A stretch of DNA of 64,000 bases from Rebecca billardiae RCC1528 (lineage: Eukaryota > Protista > Haptophyta): assembly GCA_965240325.2 (NCBI GenBank), contig OZ251247.1:930001-994000 (forward strand), written 5' to 3'. The notes under the pieces are model-generated. The model ran no database searches and was not told where the DNA came from. It was given only the letters and a program-made list of their open reading frames with translations. This document shows, piece after piece, positions 36,234 to 46,623 of the stretch (its first letter is position 1; each line of letters begins with the position of its first letter). A program made the position numbers and the translations under genes.

Positions 36234-36900
36234 GCGCTGCCGTGAGCGCGGCAGCGCGGCAGCGCCGCAGCGCGGCAGCGCCGCAGCGTGCCAGCGCGCA
36301 CGCGTGCGCATGCACCGAGCATGCACGCACCCTGTGCATACAGGCAGACGGGCGCTCTCGCGGAAGGGCGCCCGCCCGGCGGCGCGGGCTGCGCGCGCCG
36401 CTGGCACGGTCCCGCGTGACGCCTGCGCCGGACGCGGCGGCCGCGCGCTCAGCGCTGCTCTGTGCTCAGCGGCAGCCGCGTCGTGGGCGCGCTGCGCGCA
36501 GTCGTCTGCTGATTTGGCGCCCGCGGGCGGCGCGTAGCCAGCGCGGGCAGCAGCGCCCGCGCCGCCGCGTCAGCCGTGAGTGTGGCGCCGTGCGCATGCC
36601 GCGCAATAAGCGGATAACGCGGATATGCGCCTGTCGTCAGCTGCGGCGCGCGCTGCGAGCCCAGCCACCGTTCCGCATCAGTAGTGCGTGACGACAGTCA
36701 TTGTCATCGTCAGCCCCGTACCGTATTCATTTTGAATTTGTTCAGCATCAGTCGTCGATCTAACCAACTCGCGCGTGCGCCGCGAGTTGGGCGCGCTTCA
36801 TTCGAGTTGGGCGCCCGAACGATGGCCGTGGCCCGTTGAGCAGGCAATCGTCGTCCTCGTCACGACGGCCCTCCCCCCCGCCGCCCGACGCCCGCCGAGC

Positions 36901-37443
36901 ATGCGCGCCGCGCGCTCCCGCGCGGTGGGCGCGGCGACGCTCGCGGCGCTCCTCCTCGGCTGCGCCGCCGCGCCGCCCTCGCCCGCCGTGCGCGGCGGCT
37001 GGGAGGTGCGGTACGTGCCGGGGCGCGCCGAGCTGCCGTGGTTCCACGGCGGCCCGATCGACGGGCGGATCTGCGACGTGGCGGCGGAGCCGACGATGGT
37101 GGCGCGGCAGCGCGAGGCGCTCCAGGCCGCCACCGCGCTGCGCCTCGCGCCGCACGCCTTCGCCGCCACCTCGCTCGACGCGCGCTCGGCGCTGTCCCAC
37201 CTCGTCGCGTGCCCGCGCGGGCGCGCCGCGCAGCCGGGCGCGTGCCGCGTGGAGCCGATCGAGCCGCTGCACGCGTTCGGCCGGCACCCGTTCGCCGAGG
37301 TGGGCTGCCTGCTCGGCGAGCGCGCCACCGGCGTCTCCGAGGTCACCATCTTCGACATCGACTACCTCGTGCTCGCGTCGCGCTGCGAGCAGGAGCAGCC
37401 GCCCACGCAGCCGCCCACGCCGACGCCCGGCCTGCGGCTGCCG

Positions 37444-37475
<32 letters not shown>

Positions 37476-38079
37476 GCCGCCGCCGCGCGTGCACACGGGG
37501 CGCTCGCTGCTCTTCGACGCGGGGTGCTCCGTGTGGGGCCGCGGCAAGCGCGGCACCCAGCCGCTCCCGCCGCCCGGCCAGTCGCTGGGCGCGTCCGCGC
37601 TCGGCCCGTCGATGCCGCTGTTCATGCAGCTGTACGCGCGGCAGTGCGTGCACTTCGACGCGATCTACGGGTGGGAGGCGCGGACGTTCGAGCCGAACAA
37701 GTGGTGGCAGCACGTGCCCGCGGACGTGCGCACCAAGCTGCACTTCTACAACGTGCCCATCACCAACGGCGGCCCCGCCGACCCGCTGCTCGCCATCGGC
37801 CTCGTGGCGCGCGTGGACGACTTTGTGGTGCTCAAGCTCGACATCGACACGTACGACGTGGAGCGCGCGGTGATGGAGGAGATCCGGACGAACGCGCGGC
37901 GGACGAACGCGTCGCTGCTCATCGACGAGCTCTTCTTCGAGTACCACTTCCTCACGCCCGCCGAGCCCAAGCTCATGCGCTTCTGGCCCACGCGCACGCG
38001 CGGCGGCTCCATCGACGACGCGATGGCGCTCATGCAGCAGCTGCGCGAGAAGGGCGTGCGCACGCACTTCTGGATCTGA
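36901..38079 (+). CDS. FkbM-like SAM-dependent methyltransferase-fold protein with an N-terminal signal/anchor
   Basis: Single ORF with strong GC3 codon bias and a hydrophobic N-terminus. Motifs: LLFDAG, IYGWEA, FVVLKLDID and LIDELFFEYH. Confidence 0.75.
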
Positions 38080-38960
38080 GGCGGGGGCAGGAGAGAGGGA
38101 GGGGAAAGGGGGCAGGGCGGGGCAGGGAGGGGCGGCACGCGCGGCCTGCGGGCGGCGGGTCTGGCGCACGGGCGGGCCAGCCGGGCGGCGGGCCGGCGCG
38201 GCGGCGCGGCGACGGCACGCCCGGCCCGGCGCGTGCGTGGGCGGCCACACCCGCTCTGACACCGGCTCTGCGCCACACGGGCAGCCGCGCTCCGGCTGCT
38301 GCACCAGGAAGCCCAGACAGCGTGCCTGCGTGCCGCCCGGGGTTCACTGCCGCTGTCTGCCGCTGCCGGCTGTGTGCCCACGTGACGCCCACCGCTCAGG
38401 CCCGAGCGACGGCAGAGCCAAGACAGTCGTACCGCGCCGGCCCGGGCGCGGCGGCGCGGGGGCCGGGACGACTGGACGAGTCGAGTCACTCGCGTCGGCC
38501 GGGCCCTGGCCCTGGCCCTGAGCGTGCCGGCCGTCGGGCCAGTCTGACGACCTGCGCGCCGAGTATAGTCGAACGTCGATCGTCGTCATTTACTATACAT
38601 ATCATCATCGATCGTCCTCGTCGTAATTTATATCGATCGCTTATTCGCGTCGCCCCGCGCCGCGGGCGCGCGGCGACGGCACGGCGGCCAATAATATATA
38701 TATCGTCACGACTGCGCTGATGACATACACTTAGCTACTGACTGACGAGTCGCACGTACTCGTCGCAGTAGTCGATATGACGATATATCTGCGCTGTGCG
38801 CGTTATTCGCCCTGCCGCCGGGCGAATGCCGTCGCGAACCTAAGGACGGCGAACCAGTCAACATTGACTCGGTTCTGACAGTGAGTCGGGGCCCCGCGCC
38901 CGCCCGGGCGGACCGGGTCTAAGCAGTGCCGTCCGTGGCAGTGGTCAACCGCAGTGGTAA

Positions 38961-39639
38961 AGAGGGTTCAGGAAAGGTTGTGCCCCCGGCTTCAGCGGGT
39001 ACCCAGTGGCGGCATGCCGCCCGGCTCGTCGCCCCAGCGCACCTCGCCTACTGTGAGCGCTCAGAGTCCCGGCGTCATCGCCGGATCGTCCGGCGGGGTG
39101 GATGCCGGGCAAGTAGACACCGATTGGAAGGGCATGCGCTGCATCGGCATGCTGTCATCTGTCGTCTCTGCCACCTTGTCCTCGACGCGCAGTCTGCACG
39201 GCAGAAAAAAGTTACAGCTTGCACGTGCTAGCTGCCGACGTTGCACGCCCGAAATAGGTGTGTGTGCGTGCTGACGCCGCTGGAGTAGCAACGCGCAGCG
39301 CTTTGGCCCTGGTAGAGAAGAGCCGAGCGGCTGATGCGTCCTGTAGCTGCTCTCATTTCTATTTTGAACCGTGCACGCGATGACGATCGGCATCCGATGG
39401 CTGCCACGTTGCTCACGGTGTATGGCTTACAGGCTGTCGTGAGAGGCGAGTGCCAGAGGCCGGTCTGCCAGAGGCGGCTACCGTCCGGGCTGGACGGTGG
39501 GTATGGGGCGATGCTACTGGGGCCTCTACTCTAGCGACGCTCAGGCCCGACAGCGGCGCGTGGCGTTGCGCTCATCGCTATTTCAAGCGGCCATCGGCCG
39601 GGCGGTCGCTGCTGGGGCACAACCTTTCCTGAACCCTCT
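38961..39639. mobile_element. Non-autonomous TIR element (~680 bp), possibly Kolobok-like
   Basis: Perfect inverted repeats AGAGGGTTCAGGAAAGGTTGTGCCCC (38961-38986 and 39614-39639), flanked by GTAA and TTAA. An alternative reading is a TA TSD with a TIR one base longer. Confidence 0.75.
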
Positions 39640-39967
39640 TTAACTGGTCCGACGGTGCCTGCCGGCGGCACCGTCTCACCGCCGCCTCCGCCGCGCGGGT
39701 CCGCCCCGGGCATGAACAGTCGACGTCGTCTGAATCGGGTCCGCCGGTCGGCTCCCGTGGGCAGGCATGCAGGCAGGGGCGCTGCAGACCACGACCCCGG
39801 ACCGCTCCATCCGCCAGGCGTTTGGCACTGCGCAGAGTGCGCAGACAGACAGACAGAAATGCCGAGTAGAGGCGCGCGGTGCGTGCGCGCGTGCCGCCCT
39901 CCCTCCTTCCTCGGCACGCGCGCGCGCGCGCGCGCGCGCGCCGCGCCGCGCCGCGCCGGGCTGGGCG

Positions 39968-40043
39968 TCAGAGGGTACCCCTCAGAGGGTACCCCTCAGA
40001 GGGCACCCCTCAGAGGGTACCCCTCAGAGGGCACCCCTCAGAG
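39968..40043. repeat. 14-bp minisatellite (CAGAGGGT/CACCCCT) x ~5, overlapping the stop codon of the adjacent gene
   Basis: Read directly from the sequence. Confidence 0.85.
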
Positions 40044-41033
40044 CATCGCCCCGGCCGACGGCGGCGCGCTCGGCGCCGACGGCGGCGCGGGCGGCGCGCG
40101 CCGCGCGGCGGAGGCCGCCGCGGCGCCGAGGGCGAGGAGCGCGAGCAGGCCGACGGAGAGCACGAGCAGCGCGGGCACGCCCGCGCTGCCGCCCTCGCGC
40201 GCGGCCGCGCCCGCTCGCGCGCCGAGCGCGGGCTGCTGCGCGACCACGCGCGCGCCGCGCTTGGGCGGAGGGCTCGGCGGCGGCGGGCTTGGCGACGGCG
40301 GCGGCGGCGGCGGCGGGCTTGGCGAGGGCGGCGGCGGGGGCGGCGGGCTGGGCGAGGGCGGCGGGGGCGAGGCGGGCGGCGCGGGCGGCGGCTTGGGCAC
40401 CGGCGACGGCGGCGCGGGCGGCGAGGCGGGCGGCGCGGGCGGCGGCGACGGCGATGCGGGCGGCGAGGGCGGCGCGGGCTTGAGCGGGCACTCGCCCTCG
40501 GACATGCGCGCGCAGAGGTCGATGACCTGCTGCGCCTGCCAGGGCCACGGGTCGCGCCCGCCGAGCAGGTTGTGCTTCACCGAGTTGCGCACCGCGTACG
40601 CGTTCAGCTTCGTGTTCACCTCGGGGTGCGCCGCGTTGAGCAGCGACGCGACCGAGCAGCTGGTCGCAGACTTCCACTCGTCGCCGAGCGCGTTGGTGGC
40701 GGGGCGGCCGCCGTTGCGCTCGGCGCCGAGCGTGAGCACGTCGCGCAGCGTGTAGTCCTCCGGCCACCCCGTCGCGCCCGTCGGCAGCTGGAAGTACTCG
40801 GTGTACACCGCCGCCGGGTCGACGGTGGTCGCCGCCCAGTGCGACGGGTTGGCCGCCCAAAACTCGGGCGGGCAGCTCGAGAACGGGTCGCGGAAGCCGG
40901 AGACGGCGAGCGCGCGGCGGGGCGCGGGCGCGCCGTTGGAGGCGGCGCCCGCGCCGGCCGGCGGCACGTGCGCGCTCGCGCGCGCGGCGGCACCGAGCAC
41001 GAGCAGCGCGGTGCACCCCGACGTCCTCGCCAT
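40038..41033 (-). CDS. Secreted/cell-surface protein: signal peptide, PDF1-like globular domain, Ser-Pro(n) extensin-like stalk, C-terminal TM
   Basis: 331-aa ORF. Signal MARTSGCTALLVLGAAARA; domain SCPPEFWAANPSHW...TLRDVL...SVASLLNAAHPEV; PPSPPPPP tract; hydrophobic VPALLVLSVGLLALLALG. Confidence 0.75.
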   Translation of the reverse strand: MARTSGCTALLVLGAAARASAHVPPAGAGAASNGAPAPRRALAVSGFRDPFSSCPPEFWAANPSHWAATTVDPAAVYTEYFQLPTGATGWPEDYTLRDVLTLGAERNGGRPATNALGDEWKSATSCSVASLLNAAHPEVNTKLNAYAVRNSVKHNLLGGRDPWPWQAQQVIDLCARMSEGECPLKPAPPSPPASPSPPPAPPASPPAPPSPVPKPPPAPPASPPPPSPSPPPPPPPSPSPPPPPPPSPSPPPPSPPPKRGARVVAQQPALGARAGAAAREGGSAGVPALLVLSVGLLALLALGAAAASAARRAPPAPPSAPSAPPSAGAML

Positions 41034-42803
41034 CGCGGAACTTCCTTTGGGCGGCGGCGGGCGCGACGCGCCCGAAGCCGGCGGCGTGCGGCGACCACCT
41101 TTCGCGGCTCGGATCTCCGCGGATCAGTCCGGGAGACGACGGTTACGCGGGTTAATTGGCTTGCTGCCCGCCTGCCAGCTTCCTCCCGGACCAAGCGTGA
41201 CGAAAGGGCGACGACGTCCGCTTGCACGTGAAAGGGGCACCCTGGATGGACGTGCGCGGCCGCGGTCTCCTCTCCTCTCGTTAGCACGCCTCGCCTGCCG
41301 ACTTGCCACGCCACACCACTCCTCGGCCAAGAGCCGTTGCCTGCACCCTTGCGCGAGTGCGCGCGGGGACAGACGGACAGACAGACAGGCACTGCGTCCT
41401 CGCCCTCTTTCCGGCGAGCGCGCACCTGGCTCGTGCAGCACACCCCGGACGAAGGGAGCCACTACGCCAGCGCATGCCCGCACGCCGCCCGGACGACTCG
41501 GCTCGGGCCGCACGGACCGCAGCCATCACGCGCGCCGGCACCGCGAGTGCGCACGGCCGAGCGCGCGCGCTGCCGCGGGGGAGAAGCCCGTGCTGGCCGC
41601 GCTGGACAAGCGCGCGCCGGGGCCGCGCGGCCGACGCCTTGGCGCGACGCCGGCGCGTGCGTGCTCGCCATGGGCGCCACACCACGGCGCATGTGTCCAC
41701 TGCCGCGGCAGTTCCCACGCGCAGCGCAGCTCCCCCGCTCCCCTGCGGCGCATGCGCCCCAGCCGACGCGTCCCCCACCCGGCGCGCAGCGCACTGCCGT
41801 CCGAGGGGTCGTCGTCCGAGGGCGAGGGCGCGGCACGTGCTCGCACGGCGTGCGCGTTGCGTGCTCTCGCGATCTGCCCACCGCGCCCTGACACCAATCC
41901 GTGCCTCAGAATCGGCCCGCGCCGGCGGGGCTGCGCGGACGGCACGCATCGCACGCGTGCGGGCGGCACGGGCGGCACGGGCCATGTGGCGTGTCCGGTC
42001 GCTGTGCCTCCGCGCACCCGCTGCGCGGCGGGCATGCGCAGTAGACAAGGAGTGAGCTGCGCGTGGCTGAGGCACTATGGACGTGCACATTCGATGTGGC
42101 ATCCCATCCCATCTCGACCGCCTTGGAGCGCACGCCAGTTCGACCGGCGGCGGCGGCCGCGCCGAGTGGCCGCGCCGAGTACTCACTGTAGTACTCTCAG
42201 TCGGGCGCATGCCCGGTGTCGCGAGCGGTGCGGGGCAGCGCAGATACGCACGGGTATGAGCTACTTGTGTGCACTGTGCTTCTCATCCACGCGCGCCTCC
42301 TTGGCTCGCGCATGCACTGCGCGATGAGTAGTGCAGCAGCCCGCGGCGCGCTGCGCAGCCGGAGTCGCCATCCGACGCCCGCCCGGGGCGGCGCACGGCG
42401 GCACGGACTTGGACGGACCCGGGGCGGGTGGGCCGCCATGGCAGCCCATGGCTGATATGAAAAAAATAATCTGCACGCACGCAGCAAGCTGTCAGCGAAT
42501 GACGATGCGCGCGTGATCATCATCGACGCGATGCGCGCGACGAATAAATGATGTCGTTTTAATTGACGACGCGAATGTACGACATATACGCGACGCGTCG
42601 TCGCGTATCGCGTCGTCATGGCGTACGTCAGTACCGTCACGCGATATCGTGATCTCGGATCTACCTGTAATCTGATCGATGTATACCGCCTTCGTCATTA
42701 TGACGTATACTGAGTTTATTGATACACTCCGCGACGCGGCCCGTTTGCAGCCGCCAGGGCGGCCGATGCGGCGGCTGGCGCCCAGCCGGCGGCACCCCCG
42801 TGC

Positions 42804-44531
42804 TCAGCCGCACACGCGGCGGGCGCGGCTGAGCGCGCGCGCGGCGGCGGCCTCGGCGGCGGCCTCGGCGGCGGCGGCGGCGCCGTGCCTTGCGGGCGGC
42901 GGCGGCGCGTCGTCGCCCGCGTCGGCGAGCGGCACGTGCGGCGGGAGGTGGCGCAAGCGCGGCACGTGCTCGACGCGCGTGGGCGTGGCGACGTCGGCCA
43001 TCCCCACCCCGCGGTGCGCGCCGAGGCTCGCGCCGTGCCCCAGCGCCGCCGCCTGCACGCCGCACGAGTACACGCCGCCGTCGGCCGCGACGTAGAGCGC
43101 GTGCGTGACGGCCAGGCAGCAGCCGACCACGCGCGCGGCCGCGAGCGCGGCGACGGGCGTGGGGAGGAGGGCGGTGGCGGGCTGGCCGAGGCCGAGGAGG
43201 CCGCAGCGGCCGCGGCCGAACGTGCGCACCGAGCCGTCCGCGCACACCACCGCGCTCGCCGAGTCGCCCGCGCACGCGCGCAGCGCGCGCGCGCCCGCGA
43301 GCGCGGCCACGCGCTTGGGCAGCAGCTGGCTCGCCTCGTCGCCGTGGCCGAGCCGGCCGCGCCGGCCGTGGCCGAAGGAGTAGACGGCGCCCGCGGCGTC
43401 GACGACGAGCGAGTGGTCCTCGCCCGCGCTCGCGTGCACCGCGCGCACGCCCGCCAGCGCCTCCACCCGCCTCGGCGCGTACTGGTGCGCCTCGTCCCCG
43501 TGCCCCAGCCGCCCGTTGTGCCCGCACCCAAACGAGTAGAGCGCGCCCGCGGTCGAGAGGGCGAGCGCGTGCGCGGGGCCGGCGGAGAGGCCGCCGACGC
43601 GCACGGCGCCGAGGCCGGGGATGCGCTGCGGCCAGCGGCGCTTGCGCGTGTCGCCGTGGCCCAGCTGCCCGCCCCGGTTCGCGCCCCAGCTGTACGCGTC
43701 GCCCGCCGCGCCGAGCGCGAGGCTATACCGCCGCCCCGCGCACACGCACACCACCGGCTGGGCCGCGAGCGCGGCCACGAGGCGGAAGGCGAGAGCGGGC
43801 GCCTCGTCGCCCAGGCCGAGCTGGCCCGCGTCGTTGCCGCCGCACGCGTACACGCCGCCCGCGTCGCTCAGCGCGAGCAGGTGGTCGTACCCCGCCGCCA
43901 CCGCGCGCACGCGCACGCCGCACAGCGAGGGCACGCGCGTGGGCACGAGCACGGGCGCGCGCCCGCCGCCGCGGCCGCCGCCGGGCCGAGCGCCGCCGTG
44001 GTGGCCGAGGGCGGCGGGTGCCTGGTACCCGTCGGCGTCGGGGTCGTCGTCGTCGGAGAGCACCTCCACGCCGTCCTCCTCCTCGCCGCACGTGTGCAGC
44101 CCGCCCTCCGCGTCGACGAACGCGCTCATGTCGCGCGCGCGGTCGTCCGCGCCCGAGCACGCGGCGACGGCGCTGTGCGCGGCCGCGAGCTCGAGGACGC
44201 GCTCGCGCGCGAGGAGCTCGTGCGTCCACGAGCGCGCGCACGGGGGCAGCTCGGCGGGCAGCGTGCCCGCGTGCCCGCGCCGCCGCGCGCGCGCGCGCAG
44301 CGCGTCCTCGAGCGGCGAGCTCGACGCGCCGGGCGCGCCGCGGAAGAGCCGCGCCGTCGCGTTCGCGGCCGCGAGGTCGCGCGCGCTCTCGAGGTGCGCG
44401 CCGATGCGCACGACGAGCTCGTCGGGCAGATCGGCCAGCCCGAGCGCGCGCGCGCCGCCGTGGGCGCGCGCTTTTCGCGCGTGCCGCGCGGGCTTGGCCG
44501 GCGGTGTTCGTGGCATGCTGGCGAGCAGCAT
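42804..44531 (-). CDS. F-box-like plus RCC1-repeat (UVR8/HERC-like propeller) protein
   Basis: LADLPDELVVRIGAHL is followed by several RCC1 blades (VAAGYDHLLAL...VYACGGNDAGQLGLGD, YSWGANRGGQLGHGD, YSFGCGHNGRLGHGD). First ATG is at 44531. Confidence 0.85.
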   Translation of the reverse strand: MLLASMPRTPPAKPARHARKARAHGGARALGLADLPDELVVRIGAHLESARDLAAANATARLFRGAPGASSSPLEDALRARARRRGHAGTLPAELPPCARSWTHELLARERVLELAAAHSAVAACSGADDRARDMSAFVDAEGGLHTCGEEEDGVEVLSDDDDPDADGYQAPAALGHHGGARPGGGRGGGRAPVLVPTRVPSLCGVRVRAVAAGYDHLLALSDAGGVYACGGNDAGQLGLGDEAPALAFRLVAALAAQPVVCVCAGRRYSLALGAAGDAYSWGANRGGQLGHGDTRKRRWPQRIPGLGAVRVGGLSAGPAHALALSTAGALYSFGCGHNGRLGHGDEAHQYAPRRVEALAGVRAVHASAGEDHSLVVDAAGAVYSFGHGRRGRLGHGDEASQLLPKRVAALAGARALRACAGDSASAVVCADGSVRTFGRGRCGLLGLGQPATALLPTPVAALAAARVVGCCLAVTHALYVAADGGVYSCGVQAAALGHGASLGAHRGVGMADVATPTRVEHVPRLRHLPPHVPLADAGDDAPPPPARHGAAAAAEAAAEAAAARALSRARRVCG

Positions 44532-45544
44532 GATGTGGGGGTGGATGTTCGATGTGGTTGAGTGGGGCCGCTTGGGTTTGGCGGGCTGCGGGGAGCGTCG
44601 AAGGGCGCCAATTTTTCTCCGGGCCCAAGCGATTGATTCTCGTTCGGCCAAGCCTCGCGTCTATCTTTTTTAGGCAACCGGCACAATTCCGAGCGCCGCC
44701 ACGCGCATCTTCAGCGCCACTCACGATCTATCCCAACGGCGTGGCATGTAGCGCGATATGATAATGTGCGCATCGCGCGACCCCCATCATTTAGGCGAAG
44801 CGTGGTAATCGGAGCGGTCCGCTTAAAACGATCACACCGGTTCGCCAAGTGCGGCGAATCTAATGAGCAACGAGCCAATCGAAGCCCATAAGAGCGACGT
44901 CGGCCCAGGGTCATCAGCGCCGCATGATTGCAGCCGCGTTGAATACGGTGTTTCACATTTGGGACCCGCATCTCCCCTCGATGTGCGAACGGCGTACCCG
45001 CCCGAAGACATCAGTCATCAGCGGAATGATCTCAGCCGCAGTACGTGGAATCGTCTCAGCTTTAATGCGCTCCGTATAGTCATCGACGAGAACCGTCTCG
45101 GGGAAGGTCCAGCCCAATATTCATGTTCACGTCGGTTCGCTCATCAAGCGACCCTTCGTGGGCGTGCCGATATATCATGACCGTCATCCTCAATCTATGA
45201 CTGGAGAGTGAGTTGCAGCCGCCGCTGCACGCCGGCGGCAGCTTCACGAATCAGTCGAATCACGACCATCACCTTCAGACGTTGATAGCCGGGTGCGGAC
45301 AGCGCGCTGCAGACTCGGCACTCGCTGATGCAGACGACGCCGCCGTGCGCACGTGCCAGCCCTGAGGACTTCTTAAATGAACTGCTCAGATAGTGATGGT
45401 TAGCTGGCAGCCGCAGCGTCATACTAAGTAATAGACTAAGACAGCTGGCGGTCCGGTCCGATTCACATTTACGTCAAGGTAGCTGCTGCCGGCCACGGTC
45501 CCGCCGTGCTGCGGACGCTGGGGCGGGTGGCGGGTGCAGCCTGC

Positions 45545-46100
45545 GTTGACAACTGCGCAGGGCACGCATCAAGCGCGCGCCCCTACTGTCTACTGAGCCT
45601 CGCACCGTGTATGTAGGGCTGGTGGACGGCCGTACTGAACCGACTTGCAGGCGACGCCCGGTGCGCAGTAATCCAGTCGAGCAACACTGATTCGGCGCAC
45701 CGCCGTCGAGAGTTCGGCAGCAGCAGGGCCAGGCAGCCAGGTGTCAACCGCGCAGGGCACGGCACGCATCAAGCGCGCGCGCCGACTGAGCCTCGGACCG
45801 TAGGGCTGGTGGACGGCCGTAAACACTTGCAGGTGAGGCCCGGTGCGCACATCCAGTCGAGCAACACTGATCGGCGCGCCGCCGTCGAGAGTTGCAGCAG
45901 CAGGGGCAGGCAGCCAGGTGCCAACCGCGCAGGGCATGGCACGCATCAAAACAGTTGCAGGCGAGGCCCGGTGCGCAGATCCAGTCGAGCAACGCGGACG
46001 GCGGCGCGCCACTCCGTCGAGAGATGTAGAGAGTTGCAACCGCCGGGGCAGGTCGTTAGGTGACAACCGCGCAGGACACGCATCAAGCGTGCGCCTCCTG
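45545..46100. repeat. Degenerate ~150-200-bp tandem repeats, possibly a decayed repeat-protein gene on the minus strand
   Basis: Recurrent blocks GCACGCATCAAGCGCGCG, TTGCAGGCGA.GCCCGGTGCGCA and ATCCAGTCGAGCAAC. Confidence 0.55.
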
Positions 46101-46623
46101 AGCGCCGGGCAGGAGAGCGGCCGTGATCAGTTGCAAGCGACGCCCGTCGTGCGGATCACTCGATCACTCGTCGAGCCGTCGGGATCACTCGTCGAGCGTT
46201 ACAGATCGGTCATCCGGGCACCCGGTCGTGAGGTGCAGGCGAGGTGCAGGTGGAGGACGGCCGTCGACAGTTGCAGGTGACAGGGCGTGAACATCTTGCT
46301 CACACATCACCCCGACGGTCCACACCCTCGGTCGCAGCCCCGCGGCGCCCGCGGTGGCATCTCGACCTCCCGTCACGGCGGTCAGCCTGGCCCGAGCGCC
46401 CCCTCTATTTCTTTGGAGCGGGCCCCTCTTGACGAGCGAGTATCTTCGCGGTTGCTGTTCAAATAATGAGCCACCAATTAACTTGAGTCGCGTCGGCTGT
46501 AATCGATCGACGAATACGACCCCTGCGTTGAATACTTGTACCTCGCAGCTGTATATTGAACAATACTCATGGCCGCGCGGGGCCCAAATAGCGGCAACTC
46601 AAGCAGGAAAGGACAAACGCATA

